Positions 11,619-23,160 of a stretch of 37,201 nt of DNA are shown here, piece after piece. A program made the translations under genes and the position numbers. The number at the start of each line of letters is the position of its first letter. The first letter of the stretch is position 1. The stretch comes from Ministeria vibrans ATCC 50519 (lineage: Eukaryota; Protista; Filasterea). The stretch spans positions 1 to 37,201 of the forward strand of contig CALSCP010000465.1 in NCBI GenBank assembly GCA_943704425.1. The letters run 5' to 3'. The notes beneath the pieces were generated by a model that saw nothing but the letters and a program-made list of their open reading frames with translations, was not told the origin of the DNA and searched no databases.

Positions 11619-13001
11619 ATGAGCGAACCGTGGGATCGCGTCGCGGTCGCCGCTGGTCGTGCGTACGCGTCCAACATGGAGCTGATGATGTCGGAGACGG
11701 GCGAACGATGCCGGACGGATCCGCCAAGTGAGATTGGCGCTTGTTTTGCATTGGGCGCCAACGGAAAGATTGTGTGTCGCTTTCCTACAGCCGATGGAGA
11801 GCCATGTCGGTCGAAGGGGTTTGTGGGCGAGGGTGTGCGGGATCATTTTATCATGTGCCATTGCACGAGCAAGCACCGCGTTGTCTGTGTCGTCTGCAAT
11901 TCGTTTGTTGGTGTGAGCAACCTCAAACGTCACGTTGCTTCACACCACAGCAACACATTCACAGCCACCGTCATGGAACGCAGTCCGTTGGAGGACGGAG
12001 GATGGAAGACGGTCTACCTGCGGGAGGTGCGTGCGGCATTGGAGCGCGACGGAGAAGAGGAGGACGTTGAGGGAGAAGTGGCGAAGGTGTTTGATCGTGG
12101 CGAGTTCGAGCGAGTCCCAATGGGATTTGTGACTTGGTTGGCGATGGCACGAGGCGAGAAGGAGGATGAGGAAGACACGAGTGTGTTTGAGATGCTGGGG
12201 AATGGCAAGGTGCGGTGTCGGTGTCGACTTGTGAACGGACGAGTGTGTGCTGGACTGGGATTTGCGCCTGAGGGGGTTGCGCAGCATTTCTCAAACTCCC
12301 ATCCTCGGAGTGTGTTCCGCGTCAACTGTGTGGTGTGCAAGGAGGATGCGGCGCCACACGGAAGCACATTGAAGCGCCACCTGCTGCAATCGCACAGTGA
12401 TGTATTCACTCGTGACTGTGACTGGCTGAGAGTGTACTCTTCACTTGTGCGCAGTGAGCTGGAGGAGCGCAATGCGAGTGAGTCTGTGATTGTGCGTGAG
12501 CTGCAGTTGTTGCGTGAGTGTGAGCGAGTGCCGTCGTCGTTTGGTGATTGGCTGTCGCGTGCGCAGAAGGAGAGGGAAGAGGGGAGTGGGTGTAGTGCGG
12601 TGGATCTCGACGCGTCGTTTGAGCGACTGGCCAATGGTCGGTTTAAATGTCGAATGGTGCGACCGGCGACGCGACAAGAGTGTGACTTTGCACCATTCAC
12701 AAAGGGGAATGTGAGTACTCATTTCAGTCGGCATCATGTGCTGAGTGTGTATCGCACTCGATGTGCCATCTGCTCGCAATCCGTGTCCGAGGCGGGCAGT
12801 CTGCGCAAACACCTGCGCTGCCGTCACTCTGCGTTGTTCACTTCCGCTGTGTTGGCGTCGACCTGGAAGAGTGTATACAGTGCGTGTGTGCAGAGTGCAA
12901 TGTTGCGAGAGGGAAAGAGTGAGAGTGCGATTGAGAGGGAACTGTCGATTTTGTATGAGTTTGGCAAAGTGCCGGCGAACTTCCACAAATGGGCCAAGTA
13001 A
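11619..13001 (+). CDS. Uncharacterised intronless protein with three ~130-150-aa modules, each with two C2H2/BED-like zinc fingers and a helical W..VY...VP..F..W segment
   Basis: 460-aa ORF. Each module has F..L.NG+..C-x9/10-C-x12-HF...H followed by C..C-x11/13-H-x4-H (LKRH, LKRH, LRKH). Confidence 0.88.
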   Translation: MSEPWDRVAVAAGRAYASNMELMMSETGERCRTDPPSEIGACFALGANGKIVCRFPTADGEPCRSKGFVGEGVRDHFIMCHCTSKHRVVCVVCNSFVGVSNLKRHVASHHSNTFTATVMERSPLEDGGWKTVYLREVRAALERDGEEEDVEGEVAKVFDRGEFERVPMGFVTWLAMARGEKEDEEDTSVFEMLGNGKVRCRCRLVNGRVCAGLGFAPEGVAQHFSNSHPRSVFRVNCVVCKEDAAPHGSTLKRHLLQSHSDVFTRDCDWLRVYSSLVRSELEERNASESVIVRELQLLRECERVPSSFGDWLSRAQKEREEGSGCSAVDLDASFERLANGRFKCRMVRPATRQECDFAPFTKGNVSTHFSRHHVLSVYRTRCAICSQSVSEAGSLRKHLRCRHSALFTSAVLASTWKSVYSACVQSAMLREGKSESAIERELSILYEFGKVPANFHKWAK

Positions 13002-13167
13002 AAAATCAACAAAAATAGTCTCTTTCATGTATTAATCACGTATTCCAAAGTTTGAATACGCCCTAATGCTTTGTAATAATATGAAAGCGAAAAAGCGTGA
13101 TTTATTTCATTTTTCACACATCAACTCCTCTCTCCACACACACACACACACACATACACATTGTCGA

Positions 13168-14969
13168 TCACTCGCGTCGCACTGACAGGTTAATGTGTCT
13201 CTGTGCATCGGCGACTTCACCTAGATGGTTTTCGGTGCGCGTGAGCCGTTCTTCCATGAGCGAGACTGTGCGCGTGAGCAGTTTGAGCTGACTGAGAATC
13301 TGTGCCAGAGCCGTCGCTTGTTCTGCGCCCGACGGAATTGCATCGACAGGCTCAGTGTGAAACGCGCTACCACTGCTGCTGTCACTACTACTAGTCGTTG
13401 TCGTAGTAGTCGTAGTGGCAGCAGCAGCAGCAGCAGCAGAAATGGCAGTGTGTGAGCCCTCGTGGCGTTGGTCAGTGCCAAAGTGCACTTTCTGTGCGAC
13501 AGTCGTCACGCGAGCCCCATCAAAGTCATCGCCTCTCCTTCCTCCGCTCCCAATCCCCCTCCTTCCTTCTGATCCTGATGCTGTTCCTAATGCTGCTCCT
13601 GATGCTGATCCCTTTGCGCGTCTCGGGCGCACCTCGGCCGACTCCACTGGGCCTGCCAGTGCCTCGTCAAAGTTGCTCTTCCACACCATCACCAGTGTGT
13701 CGTTGGCACCCGTCGCAAAGTAATCGCCACGCGGTGACCATGCCGCCGCTGTGCACGGGCCAGTGTGGCCGTGCAGCGTAAAGAACAGGTGACCCTCGCG
13801 CAGATCCCAGATGCGCAGTGTGCCGTCGGACGAGGCGCTGAGGAGGAAGTCGCCTGATGCCGGATGAAACGCAACCGAGTTGACTGCATCACCATGTGCC
13901 GGGTAGTGCTGCAACAAACGCATTGTGCGCACATCCCACACGTTGATGGTACGGTCTGTGCTACCTGACGCAACGCAAGTGCCGTCCGGATGGAACGCGA
14001 CCGTGTTCACCATGCCAACGTGCTCATGGAACACGTGAATGCACCGCTGCGTCGCCACGTCCCACAGGCGCACTGTTTTGTCGTCGCTCCCACTCACTGC
14101 CAGACGACCATCCGGCGAGAACACCGCACATCGCACCCAGTTAGTGTGGCCCACAAGCGAGCAGATGAACCGTCGTCGCTGCACGTCCCAAACCTGAGTC
14201 AAAAAAAAAAAAAAAGAACATGTTTCAACGATGCACTCCCAGCCTTCTCTTCGTACCTTGACTGTTTTGTCGTCTGACGCCGTGATAAGACGACGTCCGT
14301 CTGAGGAAAAGGCGACACTTCGAACTGACGCTGAGTGTGCGCGTATCACCGTGGACTGCCCTCGTACCGTTGGCACCCACAGCCTCACACAGCAGTCACT
14401 ACACACACCACAGAGAGACACACACAAAGACACACAAAGACATACAAAGACATATAAAGACATACAAAGACATACAAAGACACACATCAATACACACACA
14501 AATACACCCAATTAGCATTCAGCTCGTGACGCTTCGCCGTGGGCGTACCGACTCGCACTGGCAACAAGATGGCCTGAAGGCGAAAAGCACACACAAGTGA
14601 CAATGTCACTGTGTCCCACATAGCGAAAGGCTCGAAGGTTCTCTTTGAAATTCCACACCATCACTGTGTGGTCTGTAGAGCCACTCGCCACCTGCTTGAG
14701 CGTGGGCGAGAAGCTACACAAACGCCACAGTCAGTGATTTTTCGTTTTTTTCGTTTTTTTTTTTTTTGAATATTTGAAATTCAACATTGACAGGTCGTTG
14801 CAACAAAACACTGATTCATGCATGCCAGATGTCAATTCACGGCCATCCAAACATGCTCCGAAGAGGAAGGGACTCAACGCGCCGTCATTCAAATTCGCAA
14901 AGGTCACCTTGTACTCGTCACGGCGTTGCCATGGCCGCGAAAGGTTCTTTCCAACGTTGGGTCGTCCAT
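13168..14969 (-). CDS. POC1: Centriolar WD40 protein POC1
   Basis: [59 protein letters not shown], and a C-terminal Poc1 coiled coil [25 protein letters not shown]. Confidence 0.95.
14416..14486. repeat. 10-bp tandem repeat (GACATACAAA) in a POC1 intron
   Basis: About 7 imperfect copies. Confidence 0.85.
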
Positions 14970-15176
14970 CACACAGTATATTGACAGTTACAGTGGTTCA
15001 CCAGCAGAAAGAGTGACTGAGTGAGAAAAATGAAGATGTAAAATTAAAAATAAATTGTATTATTGTAAATGTATATCATCAGATTTGAGTTGGTCGCTTC
15101 CATCTTCCATTTGAAAAGAAATAACCTTAAAAGTTCAAATAAACTAAAATTGTTTTATCCCTTCTCTTCTTTTGTC

Positions 15177-18100
15177 ATGCACCGCGTGCTGGTCATACTC
15201 AGTCTCATCGCGGCTGCAGCTTCGGTCACAAACGCCTATGGTAAGATTCATTCCGTTTTGGAAATAGAGTACAAATTTTTTTAAAAAATATATATATATA
15301 AAAAAAACACTGTCCTGTTTGCTAACCACGCTTTGTCACGGCGTTGCAGTGTGCCACCAGTCGTACACGTTTGGAACGGGTATCGCCGAGACCACCGTGG
15401 CGTCTGAAATTGGGGGCTGTACGAACATCACTGGAAGCATTGCGCTGACGTCAACCAACCTGTTGACGCTTTCGGTCTTTGACAGTGTTGTCGCCATTGG
15501 CGGCTCGCTCACCGTCTCCTCCAACGCCCTTCTGACCAGCATTGGCATGCCGTCGCTGGCCCACCTCGGCGGCGCCCTCGTCATCGACGCCAACAGCCAA
15601 CTGCAGACCATTCACATGGACGCTCTCGTTGGCGTCCAAGGAAGCGTCTCTGTCGCCAACAACGCCGCCCTCGCCTCCATTGCCTGGACTCACCTTGTCA
15701 AGGTATCCCAAATCACAACCGCTTCGTCATCTCTGGAAACGAGAGAGAGAGTGAGTGTGTGTGTGTGAGAGAGAGAGAGTCAGTGCGAGAAAAATTTCAA
15801 CAAATTCAAAATAATATTAACAGACGGACAGACAGACAACACACTACAATATAAAAATAAATAAAAAAATATATTGTCATGTTAATGTTCTCTTTTATAG
15901 ATTGAAGGCGCAGATTTGTCGATCCGTCAAAACGCCCAACTTATCACTGTGGGGGCTTCCAACAGCGTCTTCAGTTCGCTGGGTCAGCTCTCGTCGGGCC
16001 CCGGCACCTACGTCGACCTTGAAATATCCGACAACTCCGCACTGAGCGCCTTGGGTCTCTTTAACCAGAGTACTCCCATTGCATTTCCCTCCAGTCGTCC
16101 CCTTCGTCTCCGCCTGCAAAACTATAATGTTGCACCAAACATGAAGGCGTTCTCGGGACTCTCGGGTGCACTTCACAGTCTCGAAATCATCAAGTGTAAC
16201 GCTCTCCAAACTCTCGACGGCCTGAACAGTTTCACCGAGGTGATCGTGGGTATCCATGTGGAAGACAATCCAGTGCTTACCAACGTCGACGGTCTCAACT
16301 TTATTGCCGTCACCAACGCGTCCGCCCTTGAGTACATCACATTCAAGAAATTGCCCTTGCTTGTCGACATTGACGGTCTCAACAACTGGCCCAACACCCC
16401 CACGTCACATCCCCAATTTACCCTTGAACTCTCCGACTTGGACATTCTTACCTCCATCGATCCTTTGTCTTTCCTCGACAATGCCGTTCTTTTCAGCCTG
16501 CGTCTCATCAACCTGCCTCTCCTAAACAAACTAGAGGGCCTCGAGGGTCTCACCCACATTATCGCCGAATTCTCTCTCGACAACGTCGACACCATCGACA
16601 CTGTCAACGACCTGGATACCGATATCACTCTCGGTACATCGTGCGTCGTGACCATTGCCAACAACGAAGTTCTGCGCAACATGCGCCGCTTTGATAGCGT
16701 CCTCACCATTTCCACGCTGCTCATCAGCGATAATCCTGCTCTGCTTCGCATTCCAGGCTTTGAAAGCCTCCAAACAATCACTTCTTCTTTCATCTTCAAT
16801 AACAACGACGAGCAGGACTCTTTTAGCGACTCGCTTGGCTTTCAGGCGCTCACCACCGTTGGCGGCTCTTTCACCATCAGCAACAATGCCAAAATTGAAC
16901 ACCTCGATGCATTTGCATCGCTCACCACGATCGGTGGTTCCCTCTCCATCAAGGCCAACGCGCTGCTTGATGACATATCAGGCCTTGCTGCAGTCACCTC
17001 CGTCGGTGGTCTCCTCGAGTTGTACAATCTCCCCGCCCTCGAAGAGCTCGACGGTGCCTTTGCCAACCTCGTCTCCTGCACAAAACTGCGCATCAATACC
17101 TGCAATTTGCTCACCAACTTTGACTCGTTCATGAGTGGCATCTCGGTCGCCGTTTCGCTCTCGGGCTTTCTTGAAATGATGGCTCTGCCTCAACTCACGT
17201 CGCTCAACGGTCTCCGCTGGATCAAGTCTGCTTCCTCCGTGACCCTCACCTCCCTCGGTTCCTCGACCGCATTTGCCTTTGGCTCACAGACCCTTGAACA
17301 TCTCGAGACTGTCTCCGGCTCCTTCATCGTTCAGAACACGGGTCTCACAGACATCGACTCGCTCGGTGCACTCGCCAGCTCCGGCCTTACCGTCTCTGGT
17401 GACTTTCGTCTTGTCTCCAACCCTTTCTTCACCAGCACCACTGGTCTGTCCGCCCTTTCATCCGTCGGCGGTGAGCTCCTCATCGATGGAAACGACGCAC
17501 TCGGTAAAAAAAAATCAATTTTAATCATATTATTATTTTTATTTTTTCTTACTCCTTATTTTTCTTTTTTTTTTTTTACCTCGCCCTTTTAGTCGACTTT
17601 GATGATATTACGAACCTCTCATTGACCGTGGCCGAACTGGGTGTGGAAGACAATGCCTTACTGAAAAACCTAAACGGACTCAGTGGCATCAATGTGAACA
17701 CCAAAATTGATATCCGCCGCAACGACGCACTCGTTTCGATTGCGGGCCTCAGCAGCGTGTCGGGCACGCTCTTTTCTATTTACATTGACAAAAACGACGC
17801 ACTGCTCTCCCTCGAGGGTCTCCAGGGCGTATCGGGCATTAGTTCGGCGGTCACCATCACAGACAATGCCCAGCTGGTACATGGCCTTGCGAGCAGCACC
17901 TTCACCAACACTGGCGAGTGCGTGTTCTCCCATCTCAACGAGGCGCTGTCGAGCTCAATCAACATTGACATTGAGGACAATGCCAACCTCGACTCTATCG
18001 ATTGCTTTCACCGCGTCAAGAATGCCCAAACGGTCACCGTCAAGAACAACAATGCCGTCACCAGCCTGAACATGTTCACCATTAGCAGCGAAAGCTCCAG

Positions 18101-21100
18101 CTCCATCACCATTGCTAATCTGCCCTCTCTTTTGATCATGACTATCGGTCGCTTCTCGGCTCCCTTTTGGATTAACGGCCATCTCACAGTAAACCACCTG
18201 CCGCTGCTTACGGGCGGCGCTGGTGTGCTCTCAAGCAAGGTCTCGGGCGACGTCACCATCCACGACCTTGACACCCTGCCCTTTCTCAATCTGCTTCCCA
18301 CTGCCACCGAAGCCGACCACATCCTCGTGTACAACCTGCCCGCCTGCGGAGGCGTCACAGGCTTGCACGCGCTCACCTCTGTCAAAAGCTTCACCCTTAA
18401 GCACTGCGCCAACATGACTTGGATCCAACTGCCGGCAAACCAGGCGACCGTCGAGGGCGACATTGTCTTCGAAGACCTCCCCTCTGCCACCAGCGTCAAT
18501 GCATTCCTTGGCACACCCACTGTTCAGACGATCAAGATTCTCAATTGCTACTCGCTTGTCAATGCTACGCTCGCTTCTACCGCCGTTAGCGCCAACACCG
18601 TCCTCGCCACCAACAACACGGTCCTTGAGCGTCTGCATCTTTTCGAGTCGGTTCCCGCTTCAACCGGCTTCACTATCGGCACCTTGCTCTATTTCGACTC
18701 CATGCCAAACCTTTTTGACGTTGGCAGTCTCTTTCAACGGGTCGTGTCGGTCACAGGCAGCCTCTACATTGCGGATACAAAGATCTCTTCTATGGACTTT
18801 GACGCTCTCACTTCGGTCGGTGACATCCTCGGCTTTCGTCTCAACAGCGCCGTTGCAAAGATCGAACTTCCCTTGCTCACCTCCATTGGCGGCTTCTTTG
18901 AAATCGGGCACAACGCGGCGCTCGTCTCCATCGCCATGCCCGTTCTCAGTGTCATTGCAAAGGACCTTCTTGTGCGCCACAACCCTCTATTGGAGTCGTT
19001 TAACATGACCAGTGCTACCGTGAGCATTGCCGCCTCCCCCGACCAGCCCAGCGCCGTCACGTCGTGTCTCGAGGAGTACTACTCGGCCGACTACAACCCA
19101 TCCTATTTTTGCCGTCCCGACGGAAGCATCCTTTTCCTTGCCAACCCATTGCTGCATGACTTCCGTCTCGGTCCTGACTACAGCAGCACCGCCGTCACCA
19201 TTCCCGGCAGTGTCTTAATCCTCGACACGCAAACGACGAGTCTGCGCGGCCTCGGCTTCATCTCGAGCATCCACGGTGGCATTGTCATTGCTCGCAATCC
19301 CCAGCTTCTCAGCTTTGTTGGCATGCAGTACCTCACGTCCGTGACGGGTCCTATCGACCTGCGCAACAACACCCGTGCCTGTGCCAACAGCATTCCCTTC
19401 ACGGTCTTTGCCGGTCAGTGGACCAGCGATTCCGGTGGCTTTGCCAGTGCCAACGACACGCGCTGTCTTGCCTGGGAAGTGTATCATGTGGCAAGCCCCG
19501 TCACGACGTTCACGCAGGAAATCCTCTCCAGTGTGCTCCCTTCCATTTTCGCTCTGACTTCCAACGGCGAGTGGCTTACGTTTGGCGAGGACCTCCCTTT
19601 TATTGGTCCCACCTTCCTGGACGCACTATTGGGCTCTCAGGATCCCGCAGAGCTGGCCAGCGTCGACGAGTGGTCGCTCGTGTTGGGATCGCTGGACAAC
19701 ATGATGGACGACCTCAAGTTGCTGTCGACGTACTCTACCGTGTCCTACCTGGACACGTTGACGTCCATGAGCGAGCGCATCATCCAGGCGTCCATTGCCT
19801 TGGCGACCACCGCCGAGCTCGTTGTCTGCGCACCGTCCGTGGGCACTCTCTATCCTGGCTACGAGGTGGACGCCAACAACGTCCCCATCGACAGCTCGCG
19901 CAACCTTGTTGTCGGTGCGTCGCTCTTCGATCCGCTTGTGCTCTCCGTCGACTCCCAGCCGCGTTACATGGGCGTCGAAGTGCAAATGAGTCTGTTGGCG
20001 GGCCCTGCGCCTCCATCGGGCTGCTCGCACCGCTCCGTCGTGTTCATGAAGGAAAACACGCTGACCACGACACAGAGCAACCAAACGGTTATCTCGCCCG
20101 TTGTCCAGCTGTCTGTGCGATCCGACTCGCCTGCCAACCCACTCACTCGCTTTGAGGGCGCCATGGCGTACTTTTACCACCAGCCGGCGCTCACCAAGGG
20201 CTCCGTGTGTGCCGTTCACGACACGACGAACCAGATCTGGGACACGACTGCGTGCGTCACCGTCTCCGCCAATGTGACCCTCACCGTCTGTCGGTGCACC
20301 ATCTACTACAACAAGGCACTCACGCTTGCCCTGCTCCAGGCCAATAATCCATCGGCGTTGATCGAAGCGGCGCTCACTGGAAATGTGACGGTGGCGAGCG
20401 AGGAGGCGGCGCAAGAGACCGCTGCGTCGCTGAATACGCTTGCCAACGGCAACGCATGGCTGAACTCAACGTCAACGCAGAACGGAGGAGGGGCCAAGAC
20501 CGTTGCCAAGGCGGTCGTCAACGTGCTCAAGTCTATGATGACGTGGTCGTTGACGAATGGAATGTCCAGTGAAAGCCAAACGAGCACACTCAATGCGCTC
20601 AATGGACTCTTTTCGCCTCAGAGTCTTGCGGTGATGAAGGACGCAGGTGAGTCCGACAACCTTGTTGGCGTGGTTGAGAACGTGGGCTTCTCGCTGTTGG
20701 TGGGCCTTCCATGCGGCTCGCAGTCAGCGCCTGCTGTCGATGCCTTTTCGCTGTTGGCGGCAAGTCAGGCGGCGCCCTCGGGGACGCTGGGAACGGGAAA
20801 TGTGTCGTTTACGCTGCCTGCTGCGTTTGCCGCAGCACTGCCTGCGGCTGCCTGCCACGCCATGAGTCTTGTTGAGTACACTGATAACCCCTTTGTGTCG
20901 TCGGACTCGGCGCAGACGGCCGACTCCTCCGTTGTCTCGTTTAGCGTGCAGGACACGGTTGTGTCGGGTCTCGACGATGATGCGAGTGTGGTGTTCACGC
21001 TGCAGCGCCTCAATGCATCGGCAGACACAGTCGAGACGGTGTGTGCATTCTGGAACACGGCCACGAGCATGTGGAGCACCGACGGCTGTGTGACTGTGTC

Positions 21101-22865
21101 GCGCAACGACTCGAGCACAACCTGCAAGTGCAATCACTTGACCAACTTTGCGCTCATTTTCGACGCACGTGGGTCTGTTCCAGCTGACGGCGGTGCGTTG
21201 GAAGTGCTCACGTACATTGCGTGTGTGTCCTCAATGCTGTGCTGTCTGCTCTTTGTGATCGTGTTTGCTTACCTGGAAAAACTGCGCTCAGGGCCGATTC
21301 TGCTAACGATGCAGCTGTGCGTTGTGCTGTTCCTTACCAACCTGGTTTTCCTCGTGGGCGTCGACAAGACGGCGAATGCGGCGGCGTGCACCGCCGTTGC
21401 CTTCCTGCTGTACTACCTGCTGCTCGTGTCGTTCATGTGGATGGCGTGCCTTGGCCATCGGCTGTTTGTCATGCTCGTGCGTGCCGAGCTGCAGTCTAAG
21501 AACACCGATATGGGTGCGCTTCGTCGCTACGCCTTTTACGCATGGGGGCTGCCCCTTGTCCTTGTCATCATCTGCCTCATTGTTGAGTTCACGACGGACA
21601 ACGCTATTGGGTTTGGCTCGAGCAAGAGCTGTTGGATCTCGACGACCAACGGCCTGGTAGGCGCCTTCCTGGTTCCCGTTGCTATCATCATGATCTTCAA
21701 TATCTCCGTCATGGTTCTCGTGGTGCGTGCGCTGCTAGCGAGCCAGGCCAACAACCGCTCGCAGAAGGGAGCACAGACGCACAAGGACCGCATTCGCCAG
21801 CTGGTCGTGTACGCGGGTCTGCTTGTGTCGCTCGGGCTAACCTGGCTCTTTGGCTTTCTGGCCATTGCCACCAACGAGATTGTTTTCTGGTACCTCTTTG
21901 TAATCTTTAATGGAGGCCAAGGCGTCCTACTGGCCTTTGTGTATGTGTTCCGTTCGCGTGTGCTCAAGGCGTACCGGGACAAGCGCGCGGCGACGCAGCG
22001 CAAGATTCAGATTGCCTCGAACCAGTCGGCGGGCACTGCCTCGACGGGTTTCTCCGACAGTAGTCCACATGTGGGGCGACGAGTGCGACGCGCCCTGAAC
22101 ACCATTCTGCGACCTGCCGATCGAGGTGAGAAGTACTCGGTGGAGCGCGAGGCAGTGCGCGAGCAGCAGGAGATGATTGCACTCGACACGCGCCTGTCGC
22201 CGTCGCTCAACAATTTGCGGACTGTCGCCCGCGCGCAGTCACTGCGACGCAACGTGAAGGGTTCGACGAGCACCGCACCCGGGGCGAGCGCGACCAGTCT
22301 TGCGTCAGTGTCGTCGATTGGCGACGACTCGCTCTTTTCTCCGTCGACATCGCGCGGAAGACTGTCGCGGGGCGACACGGCCTCCGGCTTCCAAGTTACC
22401 GAGTCGATGATGGAAGACGTTGAGGGTAACATGTCGATGTACATGGACCGCGAGGAAGAGCCCGTGTACCTTGACTCGCAAGTGGCGCACGGCGACGAAG
22501 ACGATGAGCAGGAGTCGGTGGATGACTTTGGGTCGCCCATTGGCTCGCCAACGCCCTTTCTCAAGGCGATGGATTGGAGCCAGGGGGTGAGCTTCCGCCA
22601 TGCGCCCAACTCGTCGACGGGCTCTGTGCGGCCGAATGGGCGTCGCAAGCGGCCGAGTGAGATGTCGATGCACTCGCAAGGGGCCGCCACGACGACTGCC
22701 AACGCGTGCCCCAGGGGCTCGACCGACCGTCTGAGTGTGGCCGACTTTGTCGATGACGAAGTGATGATTGACATGGACTCGGAGGGTGTCGAGGGCAACA
22801 CTGCGACGGACATGCCCGAGGCGGCAAAGTCCGAAGTGAGTCGTAGGAGAGCGAGTCTTGTCTGA
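15177..22865 (+). CDS. Adhesion GPCR: signal peptide, long receptor-L-domain/LRR-like ectodomain, two GPS motifs, secretin-like 7TM and long disordered tail (about 2430 aa)
   Basis: Exons 15177-15240, 15350-15702, 15901-17503, 17593-22865 join in frame (7293 nt). Repeats of the L..V.G.L.I..N..L type. Canonical GPS CAFWN...WSTDGC....TTCKCNHLTNFALIF. 7TM motifs CTAVAFLLYYLLLVSFMWM, AWGLP, CWI, LGLTWLFGFL, FNGGQG. Confidence 0.93.
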
Positions 22866-23160
22866 TTTTGATGAGAGTAGGAGTAGGGAGAGGTAGAGCG
22901 AGAGCGAGAGAATACATTTTGACTATCCCTTGTATTGGATTATATAATTATTATTTTAATAAATTTGACTGCGTTACCCAAAAAATCAAAAAGCAATAAT
23001 TAATTTTATGTGTTCTCCTGTTCACATCTATGACCTATGTGCCACGTTCAACACCCGTTGTAGTCGCACAGTGATGTGATTACTTGTGGGACTCTAAGAA
23101 GAAGTGAATAATACAATTATTAATATTTTGTTATTCACTTTTCTTTCTCTTTCTTCCGAC

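Noticed and set aside
11841-12389. Diversity-generating retroelement as the cause of zinc-finger variation
   Set aside because: Substitutions are not adenine-specific, and no reverse transcriptase or template repeat is visible in the window.
11619-13001. Autonomous hAT transposon
   Set aside because: BED-like fingers only; no DDE catalytic or dimerisation domain, and no terminal inverted repeats seen.
15895-22917. Many antisense or overlapping ORFs in the ORF track
   Set aside because: Shadow frames of GC3-rich coding exons with no independent motifs.
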